Shown here in pieces: positions 1 to 8,211 of a stretch of 64,000 nt of DNA. How positions within the stretch are numbered: position 1 is the stretch's first letter; every line of letters starts with the position of its first letter. Origin of the DNA: Planctomycetota bacterium (GTDB lineage: Bacteria; Planctomycetota; PLA2; JAEUHO01); the NCBI GenBank assembly GCA_965223505.1, contig CBDCWP010000021.1, positions 416,001 through 480,000 of the forward strand, read 5' to 3'. A program made the translations under genes and the position numbers. The notes under the pieces were generated by a model that saw nothing but the letters and a program-made list of their open reading frames with translations, was not told where the DNA came from and made no database searches.

Positions 1-1
1 C

Positions 2-2200
2 GCGCCCGCATCCGAGGCCGTTCTCGATCAACTCTGCGTGCGATTGGTAGAGCGGCTTTCTCGCGAGCTTCCGACCGTTTGGGTCGTAGAGGACCTAGAC
101 AAAGCGGAGCCCCCGTTGAGAGGGCGGATTCTCGGACTCGCGAGCGCACTCCAACGCATGCCGGCGCTCATGCTCGTCACGATCTGCGGCGAAGCACCGA
201 CATCGTACGATCCTCGCACCAGCGACGCGCTCCGCCGCATCGCGCTGCCGCCGCTCACGACGGAAGAGGTCGAGACGCTGCTCGCCGAGATGATGGACGA
301 CGCGAGCGCCGCCGCCGACCTCGCGGGCACGGTGTGGCACCGGGCGGCCGGTCTGCCACTCTACGTGCGCGAGTTCGTCGCCGCGCTGCGCCGTTCGTCG
401 ATCCTGCCGGTGCGAGAAGGCGGCGCCGCGTTGCTCAGCGCCGTGCAGAACGCCGAGCTTCCGATCGGGCTGCGAGCGCTGCTCGAAGCCCGAATCGACA
501 CACTGTCGGATGAGGATCGCGCCCTGCTCGACGCCGCGTCCGTCGCCGGGGAGGTGTTCGACCCACGGCTCCTTGCGCGTGCATTGGAGAAGCCTCGAAT
601 TCCCCTGCTCGAACGCCTGGCGCGGCTCGAGCGCATGGGCGGGTTCATTCGATCCGACGGTTCGCACTTCCGGTTCGAGCCCGCGGTTCTGCGAGACGTC
701 CTCTACGCAGCATCGCCGACCTCGCTTCGCGCGGCGTATCACGGCAACCTCGGAGAGGCGTACGCTGCGGTCTCCGAGAAACCTCCGCGTCCTCGGGAGG
801 CGGCGCCCATCGCGCGTCATCTCTTGCGCAGTGACGACCCGGCTGCGGCACTGCCCTACGTCGTTGCCGCGACGCAGCATCTCATCGCCGCGGGCCAGAA
901 GCTCGCCGAGCACGACACGCTCGTGCGGGCACTTCAGGCGCTCGGGGACGACCGCGTGCCTCTGCGACTCCGGCTGCTCGGGTTGCTCGCGAGTGCGCTG
1001 GTACGACTCGACCAGCGGGAAGCCGCAGCGAGGACGTGCGAGCAGGCCGTGACGGAGGCCATCGCGGTAGACGACGTCGACGGGCAAGTCGACCTGTCGT
1101 GCATTTGGGCGTCCATGCTCAATAGCACCGGTCGTCCGCAGGACGCTCTGGGGAAGCTCGAGCGCGTGGCGGTACTCCATGATCGCGTCGAGTCGGCGAA
1201 GGTGCGGGCGCAGTTCCTCCTAGCTCGGGGCAAAGTCTATTGGACCCTCGGCCGCTTCGCGGACGCCGCCGGCGACTTCGACGCGCTCGCGCTTCTCGGC
1301 AAGGAAGAGGGGCTCATCCACGAAGAGGCGCGCGCTCGTGGGATGCGCGGAATTCTCCTGCAAGAGTCCGGGAACAACGATGCCGCGTACGCGGAGTCGA
1401 AGCGCTCCTTGGAACTGACCCGGAAGGTCCGCGACACTTCGAATGAACCCCCCGCGCTGATCACGCTCGCCAACATCTGCGCGGCACGCGGCCATCTGGC
1501 GGAAGCACTGGACTTTCTCGAGGAAGCCATCCTGTGCTATCGACGTCTCCTGGTTCGAAGTGGTCGGGCCGCCGCTCTGGTCAACAAGGCTGCCATCCTT
1601 CGAATCCTCGGCTGGTTCGAACCGTCCCGGATCGCGGGCAGGGAATCACTCCGCCTTGCCCGAGAGACCAATGCCCGTCGCATCGAGGGCTATGCGCGGG
1701 ACGGCCTCGCGCGCCTGGCATGGGACGCCGGCGACGCCGACGAAGCCATGCGCCACGGCGAGGCCGCCCTGGCACTTCGTCGAGATATCGAAAACATGCC
1801 GGGCGTGGTGAGCTCGTTGCTGTTGCTTGCGGCGATGGCCGCCGACCGAGGCGACAAGGACGACGCATTGCGGCGTCTGCGCGAGGCCGCGGAGATCGCT
1901 GAACGGATGTCCTACGTCTCCGATCGCGTTCGTGCCGCCGTCGAGCGCGCCGCCTTGACGGGCGAAGGCACGGAGACCGCCGTCTCGCTCTTTCGCAGCC
2001 ACAGGGCGCGCCTGCACGGTGAGGATGCCCTCAGGGTGTGTCTGCTTCTCTGGCGGGCAACGGGGGAGCATGACTACCTCGACGAAGCGCGCGCGCGGGC
2101 GCGCGAGATCCTCGAGCATGCGCCGGAGGAGGCAAAGGAAGGGCTCTTCGATCGCTCGCCGCTCCTTCGATCGATTCGCGACGCCTCTGCGGACGCGTAG
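2..2200 (+). CDS. STAND/AAA-ATPase-associated TPR-repeat protein, 5'-partial (may be the C-terminal part of a kinase-ATPase-TPR protein)
   Basis: Frame is open from the window edge. Walker-B-like VWVVEDL, GLPLYVRE motif, winged-helix-like region, then many TPR-like helical repeats. Stop TAG at 2198-2200. Confidence 0.75.
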   Translation, partial: APASEAVLDQLCVRLVERLSRELPTVWVVEDLDKAEPPLRGRILGLASALQRMPALMLVTICGEAPTSYDPRTSDALRRIALPPLTTEEVETLLAEMMDDASAAADLAGTVWHRAAGLPLYVREFVAALRRSSILPVREGGAALLSAVQNAELPIGLRALLEARIDTLSDEDRALLDAASVAGEVFDPRLLARALEKPRIPLLERLARLERMGGFIRSDGSHFRFEPAVLRDVLYAASPTSLRAAYHGNLGEAYAAVSEKPPRPREAAPIARHLLRSDDPAAALPYVVAATQHLIAAGQKLAEHDTLVRALQALGDDRVPLRLRLLGLLASALVRLDQREAAARTCEQAVTEAIAVDDVDGQVDLSCIWASMLNSTGRPQDALGKLERVAVLHDRVESAKVRAQFLLARGKVYWTLGRFADAAGDFDALALLGKEEGLIHEEARARGMRGILLQESGNNDAAYAESKRSLELTRKVRDTSNEPPALITLANICAARGHLAEALDFLEEAILCYRRLLVRSGRAAALVNKAAILRILGWFEPSRIAGRESLRLARETNARRIEGYARDGLARLAWDAGDADEAMRHGEAALALRRDIENMPGVVSSLLLLAAMAADRGDKDDALRRLREAAEIAERMSYVSDRVRAAVERAALTGEGTETAVSLFRSHRARLHGEDALRVCLLLWRATGEHDYLDEARARAREILEHAPEEAKEGLFDRSPLLRSIRDASADA

Positions 2201-2213
2201 CTACAATCAGGAG

Positions 2214-2792
2214 GTGGACCCCGCCGAGATCGACATCGAGACGTTGCTGAAAGCCGCACGCAGCGGGGATGATGACGCGGCGGACCGCATCTTCGAGCGC
2301 GCCTACGACGCGTTGCACGGCATCGCCGGACGGATGTTCCGCAGCCAGCGCCGAGACCACACGCTTCAGCCTACCGTGCTCGTTCACGAGGCCTGGATGC
2401 GCATGCATCGACCGGGTGTCGATCTCGGACACGACTCGGCACACTTCCTTGCCATCGCGGCGCGCGCCATGCGTCATGTGCTGGTCAACCACGCGCGCGC
2501 CAAGGACGCCGCGAAGCGCGGGGGCGATCGTCAGCGGGAGCGCCTCACGTTCATCGACCCCGGCACGCCCAACCTCGCCCCCGCCCTGGACACGATCGCC
2601 GTTCACGAAGCGCTCGAACAGCTCTCGAAGCTGGATCCGCGCCAGGCCCAGGTGGCGGAGATGCGCCTTTTCGCCGGTCTCGCGAATCCGCAGATTGCAG
2701 AAGTGCTGAAGGTGTCGCTACGGACCGTCGAGCTGGATTGGCGCATGGCGCGCGAGTGGATGAAGGGCCGGCTGGCGGAGGGCGACGACTGA
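2214..2792 (+). CDS. ECF-type RNA polymerase sigma factor (TIGR02999-like, kinase-associated type)
   Basis: HTLQPTVLVHEAWMRM, AARAMRHVLVNHAR, KRGG and region-4 LRTVELDWRMAREW motifs. GTG start at 2214 chosen within ORF 2019..2792. Confidence 0.9.
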   Translation: MDPAEIDIETLLKAARSGDDDAADRIFERAYDALHGIAGRMFRSQRRDHTLQPTVLVHEAWMRMHRPGVDLGHDSAHFLAIAARAMRHVLVNHARAKDAAKRGGDRQRERLTFIDPGTPNLAPALDTIAVHEALEQLSKLDPRQAQVAEMRLFAGLANPQIAEVLKVSLRTVELDWRMAREWMKGRLAEGDD

Positions 2793-2819
2793 CGGAAGCG
2801 GGAGCTCCCGCCGGTCGCC

Positions 2820-3203
2820 TCAGCTTGCTTGGTAGGCCAGGTAGCGTCGCGGTGCTTCGCCACGCGCCCGTCGCCCGCCTGCGAACCGAAGGGCGCCGAT
2901 CGTACGGGTGTGACAAAAGGTGCGGGCCCAATCGAGCGGCGTCGCCCCGAGACCGTCAAGCGCGTTGACATCCGCTCCCTCGTCGAGAAGGAACCGAACC
3001 GCCTCGGCCTGCCCTCGCGTCGCGGCCGCGTGAAGGGCCGTCTGTCCGAGGTGGCCTCGCGCATCGACGTCTGCACCGTTTCGCAACAGAAAGCGGATCG
3101 TCTCGATCTGACCGTGGCGTGCAGCGCGCGCCATCGCGCTCACGGCGGGCGCCGGGCGGCGACGGGCGTTGCGTTGGTGTCGAGTCTCTTTGGGGATCAA
3201 CAT
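2820..3203 (-). CDS. small ankyrin-repeat protein
   Basis: LLRNGADVDARGHLGQTALHAAA and LLDEGADVNALDGLGATPLDWA repeats. ATG at 3203 preceded by GGAAAGG. Confidence 0.85.
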   Translation of the reverse strand: MLIPKETRHQRNARRRPAPAVSAMARAARHGQIETIRFLLRNGADVDARGHLGQTALHAAATRGQAEAVRFLLDEGADVNALDGLGATPLDWARTFCHTRTIGALRFAGGRRARGEAPRRYLAYQAS

Positions 3204-3232
3204 CGTTGGGCCTTTCCGGGGTTTCGCCCCCC

Positions 3233-4807
3233 TCAGGAAAGAGAACACGAAACGGTGTCCCCGACCGCAGCGACAAGTGCCTCGACCACCTCGTCGTGGC
3301 CCTCCCGGCGCGCGTCGTCGACGGGCGTGGCCCCCCATCGGTCGACCGGAGCCAGCGCCGCGCCGCGCCGAATGAAGAACTGGACGACGTGGAGGTGCCC
3401 TTCGGAGGCGGCGAGGTGCAGGGGCGTACGACCGTCGTAGTCGGCTGCGTCGAGGCTCGCGCCGGACGCCAGGAGGCTCCGCAAGCCGGCGAGGTCACCT
3501 TCGCTCGCAGCCCAGCAAAGGTCCACGATGCCCGTGCTCTGCGAGGAGCGTTTGGCACGGCGCGGATCCGTCTTCTCGGCGAGTGCGCCGACCAGGTTGT
3601 CGAACTGATGAAAGTTGTAGGTACTCACGAGCTCGCGGCAGTACTCGACACCACGAACGCTGTTGCCATGACGGTCGAGCAGGGGTGACCAGACACACGT
3701 GCCGAGGACGTTCGGGACAACGACCATGACCGCCCCGGACACGCCACTCTTTGCGGGAAGGCCGACGGCGAACGCCCACGCGCCCGAGTAGTCATACATG
3801 CCGCACGTCGACATCAGCGAGAGGCACTTCTGCACCGTCCCGGGCTGCAGGACCCGCTCCCCTGTCGTGGGACAGACACCGCCGTTGGCGAGCGTCGCCG
3901 CGAGGATGGACAGGCCTTCGGCGGTCATCTCCATCGAGCAGCACTGGAAGTAGAACTCCAGCGTCTCGACGAGGTCGGCATCGTCGGGAAAGCCCTTGTT
4001 CTCGCGAATCATGTGTCCGAGCGCGAAGTTGCGATCGGCGGTGCCCCGCTCGGAGAGATAGGTCGGATTGCTGAAACCGGGCTTGCGCCCGCCGGCCAGC
4101 CGCCGATAGCAGTCCATGACGTGGTCGAAGCGGTCGGCCGCCGACCGGTCCTTCAGGATCATCGCGGAGCTCACGATCGCGCCCGCGTTGATCATCGGAT
4201 TGTGGGGCCGGCCGTGCACGTTCAACTCGAGTTCGTTGAAGCTCGCTCCGCTCGGTTCGCATCCGATGAACTCGTGGACACGATCCGCACCGTGTTCCTC
4301 GAGCGCGAGGCAGTAATTGACGGGCTTGCAGCAGGACTGCACGCAGAACTCCACGTCGGCGTCGCCGAGCGCGAGCCGCTGCCCGTCAACCGTGCAGACA
4401 CCGACGCCGAATTGCTCGGGATCGACCCGCGCGAGCTGCGGGATGTAGTCCGCAACGGCGCCGTCGCGGTTCGCCCGGACGCGGCCGAAGATCGCGTCGA
4501 GCTCCGTCGAGAACGCATCGAACTCGGGGATGACGAGTCGTCCCTGCAAGGCCTTTTCGACGAGCAGTGCCGCGGGCTGTACGGCGCGATGAAACGCGTC
4601 GTAGTCGAGCGGCGGCTCGACGGGCTCGTTCAAGACCTGGTAGACGCTCGCGAGTCGAGGGTCGTCGGCGCGCAGACCGGAGCGCTCGAGGGCGTCCCGA
4701 AGAACGCCCCTCGAGACCGTCTCCTCCGAGCCGTCTCGGAGCGCGTCGAACAGAGGGCGCACGCGATCTGTCGAGTCGATCACAGCTCGTCGATCAGATG
4801 CGGACAT
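3233..4807 (-). CDS. glsA: glutaminase with N-terminal helical extension and C-terminal ankyrin repeats
   Basis: GAVADYIPQLA, catalytic QSCCKP (SxxK), HNPMINAGAI, GMYDYSG, PAKSGVSG; ankyrin DYDGRTPLHLAASEGH. Confidence 0.95.
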   Translation of the reverse strand: MSASDRRAVIDSTDRVRPLFDALRDGSEETVSRGVLRDALERSGLRADDPRLASVYQVLNEPVEPPLDYDAFHRAVQPAALLVEKALQGRLVIPEFDAFSTELDAIFGRVRANRDGAVADYIPQLARVDPEQFGVGVCTVDGQRLALGDADVEFCVQSCCKPVNYCLALEEHGADRVHEFIGCEPSGASFNELELNVHGRPHNPMINAGAIVSSAMILKDRSAADRFDHVMDCYRRLAGGRKPGFSNPTYLSERGTADRNFALGHMIRENKGFPDDADLVETLEFYFQCCSMEMTAEGLSILAATLANGGVCPTTGERVLQPGTVQKCLSLMSTCGMYDYSGAWAFAVGLPAKSGVSGAVMVVVPNVLGTCVWSPLLDRHGNSVRGVEYCRELVSTYNFHQFDNLVGALAEKTDPRRAKRSSQSTGIVDLCWAASEGDLAGLRSLLASGASLDAADYDGRTPLHLAASEGHLHVVQFFIRRGAALAPVDRWGATPVDDARREGHDEVVEALVAAVGDTVSCSLS

Positions 4808-6095
4808 CTTGCACCTCCCAAAGCTCGGTCTGCGCGACTGCGGCTTCGGTAATGAGCTCTTCGGGGGCGTAGGCGCGCTCGGAGTGCTCGGTGAGATCGA
4901 TGCCGACCTCCTCGGCGTACGGGGAGGGCCGCAGCTTCATGAAGCGCCGCATCGCCAGCAGGATGCCCGCGGTGCCGAGCGCCGCCAGCAGCGCCGCTGC
5001 CAGGATCCCGACGATCTGGGCACCCAGGAGCGAGGCATCACCGGCAAGCAGGCCGTCCGCTCCGTCCGGATTGACGGCGGTCGTCGCGAACACGCCCGTC
5101 AGGAGCGCTCCACTGAGCCCGCCGAGACCGTGGCAGGCAAACACGTCGAGCGTGTCGTCCACCCGAGCGCGCTTCAGGAGCGCGCACGCAACGTAGCTGA
5201 CCAGGGTCGCGAGAACGCCGATCGCGATGGCGGCCATCGGCGTGACGAAGCCGGCGGCGGGGGTGATCGCCACCAGGCCGACGACCGCGGCGATGGACGC
5301 GTTGACGGCGGTCGGCTTCTTGTCGCGCAGGAGATCGACGACGACCCACGTCGTCACGGCGGCTGCCGCGGAGAGCATGGTCGTCACGACGGCGAGCGCG
5401 GCGAGTCCGTCGGCAGCCAGCGCGGACCCGGCGTTGAAGCCGAACCACCCGAACCAGAGCAGTCCTGCGCCGAGGACGACGAGCGGCACGTTGTGGGGTT
5501 CGTCCGACGCGGCCAGGTCCCTGGCGTTCCGCCGCTCCTTGCGGCGGGGCCCCAGGATCATCGCGGCCACGAGCGCCGAGACACCGGCGCTGATGTGCAC
5601 GACGGTTCCGCCCGCGAAGTCGAGAGCGCCCAACTCGCCGATCCAGCCGCCGGGGCCCCAGACCCAATGGGCCAACGGCGCATAGACGAGCAGGCTCCAG
5701 AACAGGATGAACAAAACGTAGGCCTTGAACCGCATGCGGCCCACGACGGCGCCGGAGATGAGCGCCGGTGTGATGATGGCGAACATCATTTGGAATGCCA
5801 TGAAGGCCAGGTGCGGAATCGTCTCTGCGTAGGCCTCATTCGGCTCCATGCCGACCCCGTCCAGGCCGAGGAAGGCAAAGCCGCCGATCAGGGCGTTGCC
5901 CGGCGCGAACGACAGCGAGTAGCCGATCGTGGCCCAGAGGAGAGCGATCACGCCGAGGGCGATGAAGCTCATCTTGATGGTGTTGATGACGTTGCGCTCG
6001 CGAACGAGGCCGCCGTAGAAGAAAGCGAGTCCGGGCGTCATGAGCATCACGAGTGCGACGCTGATGAGGCTCCATGCGGTGTCTCCGGAGTTCAT
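4794..6095 (-). CDS. amt: ammonium transporter (Amt family)
   Basis: MTPGLAFFYGG, FQMMFAIITPAL, DFAGGTVVHI, WFGWFGFNAGS, DDTLDVFACHG. Confidence 0.97.
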   Translation of the reverse strand: MNSGDTAWSLISVALVMLMTPGLAFFYGGLVRERNVINTIKMSFIALGVIALLWATIGYSLSFAPGNALIGGFAFLGLDGVGMEPNEAYAETIPHLAFMAFQMMFAIITPALISGAVVGRMRFKAYVLFILFWSLLVYAPLAHWVWGPGGWIGELGALDFAGGTVVHISAGVSALVAAMILGPRRKERRNARDLAASDEPHNVPLVVLGAGLLWFGWFGFNAGSALAADGLAALAVVTTMLSAAAAVTTWVVVDLLRDKKPTAVNASIAAVVGLVAITPAAGFVTPMAAIAIGVLATLVSYVACALLKRARVDDTLDVFACHGLGGLSGALLTGVFATTAVNPDGADGLLAGDASLLGAQIVGILAAALLAALGTAGILLAMRRFMKLRPSPYAEEVGIDLTEHSERAYAPEELITEAAVAQTELWEVQDVRI

Positions 6096-6200
6096 GGCAA
6101 GTTCCTTGCGTTGGGCTCGTCGTGCGACGAGCCGAGAGAGGGAGTGAGTCGATGTGGGGTGAGCGCGCCCCGCGGATGTCGAAGGGCGCGCCGGAGAGGG

Positions 6201-7304
6201 CTACGCCACCTGCGCAGCAGGCAGCTCGAGGAGGCCGCGAAACTCGTCCTCGTCGGTGCACACCGAGCGCATGAGCTCGCTGCATACCTCGTAGGGATTG
6301 CTGTTCGCACCCGGTCGTCGGTCTTCGAGGTAGCCGTGGCCGGCCTCGCGCACCTGGCGCGGTACGCGCACTGATGCGCCGCGATCGGCGACGCCGTGCC
6401 GGAACTGGTTGATGTCACAGGTCTCGTGAAGACCCGTGAGACGCTTCTCGAGACCCGCGCCGTAACGGGCGATGTGGCGCTCGTGCCTCTGCTTGAGCCG
6501 CCCCACGGCCGTCCAGATCGCATCCAGGCCGCCTTCGGGATCGCGCGTCGCGTTGGTCGACCAGTTCGTGTGCATGCCGGCGCCGTTCCAGTCACCCTGC
6601 ATGGGCTTGTTGTCGTAGCTGACGACGACGTCCGACTCGGCCGCGATGCGCTCGAGAAGGTACCGGGCGATCCAAACGTGGTCGGAGACTTCCAGCGGAT
6701 CACCACCTTCCCCTTCGAAGCCGCGGTAGCCCATTTGGAACTCCCACTGGCCGGGCATGACCTCCGCGTTCACACCGAACAGAAGGAGTCCGGCCTCGAG
6801 GCATGCCCGGGCATGGGTCTCGACGATTTCGCGGCCATACACGGCATCGGCGCCGACGCCGCAGTAGTACGGTCCCTGCGGAGCCGGGAAGCCGTCTTCC
6901 GGGAAGCCCAGCGGTCGTCCGGCGCTGAGCAGCGTGTACTCCTGTTCGAAGCCCACGTAGGGATCGAACGCGCCGCCGTTGGCGGCACAGAGCGCTCGCA
7001 GCTCGGCGCGCTGGTTGGTCGCGTGGGGCCGGCCGTCCGCCTGGAACACCTCGCACAGCACGAGGATGTTCGCGCCGCCGCGGATGGGATCGCGAACGAC
7101 GCGTACCGGCTCGAGGATCAGGTCGGAGTCCGCGCCGTCCGCCTGGTTCGTCGAGGAGCCGTCGAAGCTCCACGAAGGCAGGGAGTCCGGCGCAGGCAGC
7201 TCGGCGCCAGCGACCTGGAGAATACGAGTCTTGGACCGCAGCCTCTGGGTGGGCGAAGCGCCGTCGAGCCAGAGGTATTCGGCGAGGAGGGTGTGGGCTG
7301 ACAT
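6201..7304 (-). CDS. glnII: glutamine synthetase type II
   Basis: AEYLWLDG, RSKTR, WSFDGSST, PQGPYYCGVG, NAEVMPGQWEFQ, DWNGAGMHTN, RLTGLHET, YLEDRRP. ATG at 7304 with AAGGA RBS. Confidence 0.95.
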   Translation of the reverse strand: MSAHTLLAEYLWLDGASPTQRLRSKTRILQVAGAELPAPDSLPSWSFDGSSTNQADGADSDLILEPVRVVRDPIRGGANILVLCEVFQADGRPHATNQRAELRALCAANGGAFDPYVGFEQEYTLLSAGRPLGFPEDGFPAPQGPYYCGVGADAVYGREIVETHARACLEAGLLLFGVNAEVMPGQWEFQMGYRGFEGEGGDPLEVSDHVWIARYLLERIAAESDVVVSYDNKPMQGDWNGAGMHTNWSTNATRDPEGGLDAIWTAVGRLKQRHERHIARYGAGLEKRLTGLHETCDINQFRHGVADRGASVRVPRQVREAGHGYLEDRRPGANSNPYEVCSELMRSVCTDEDEFRGLLELPAAQVA

Positions 7305-7489
7305 GGGTATTTCCTTCGATAGGGGTGGTTGAGCGGGGGTCGCCCCGCGCTTGTCCGTCGAAGGGGAGAACACGAATGAGGCGCAGCGACCGCAATCGGG
7401 ATGCGAGACGGCCCGGTGTTCGAAATGCATGCGGTGAGAAGGAACCGTTCGTGTTCTCGCTGACGGGATCGGTGGGCTCGGAGAACGCC

Positions 7490-7942
7490 ATGCAAGACGA
7501 CGATCTGCTGACCTCGTTCGAGCGCGCCGAGATCCCCCGGTCGGCTTGGAATCACAAGATGCACGTTCGTGTGGCTTGGTGCTTGATCCAGCGCTACGGC
7601 TACCGTGCCGGACTTGCGCGCATGCGAAAGGGCATCACGGCGCTCAACCGGGCGCATGGCGTCGCTTCGACGCCCACGGGTGGATTTCATGAGACGATTA
7701 CGGTCGCGTTCTTCCGGGTCATTCACGCCGTGTGTGATCGGGACACGCCGGCCCCGGACTCGCTGAGCTTCTGTGACAAACACCTCCACGCACTGGGTCG
7801 TCCGTCCCTGCTGCGCCACTACAGTCCTCAGCACTTGCGGTCGCCAGGTGCGCGCGTCAACTTCGCCGAGCCCGACCGGCTGCCGCTGCCGATCACCGTC
7901 GGCCCGAAGCGCGGCCGCAGGGTCGCCACACCCGACCTGTAG
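7490..7942 (+). CDS. conserved hypothetical protein (His-rich WNHxxH...FHETIT motif)
   Basis: ATG at 7490 after GGAG. Globular-looking 150-aa protein with conserved-looking His motifs. Confidence 0.7.
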   Translation: MQDDDLLTSFERAEIPRSAWNHKMHVRVAWCLIQRYGYRAGLARMRKGITALNRAHGVASTPTGGFHETITVAFFRVIHAVCDRDTPAPDSLSFCDKHLHALGRPSLLRHYSPQHLRSPGARVNFAEPDRLPLPITVGPKRGRRVATPDL

Positions 7943-8211
7943 CCGCGACCGGACGGAAGCGCGACGCCTCGTCGACGGCCGTTGCATGACATCCGGCACT
8001 CGGCGTCGCGTCACGCGGGGGCGCGCACGCTCGTTCAGGAGCGACCCGGGACGGTTTCGTGTCAACGTTCCCGTCTTGTTGCAGAATCGCTGACCGAGCG
8101 AGTCGTCGGGTGGGCCCGGGATCCCTAGTACGCCCCCCTTGCTGCGACGCGAGCGATGAGCGAAAACGCCGGCCTCCGTACCGGGCGTTGGCCCGTTGCT
8201 AGACTGCCCGT

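Noticed and set aside
3205..3240. Hammerhead-like CUGA...GAAA
   Set aside because: The core is CUGAGGG rather than CUGANGA, and stems I and III are not evident.
7390..7408. Near-sigma54 site upstream of glnII (TCGCA-N6-TTGC)
   Set aside because: It lacks the invariant -24 GG.
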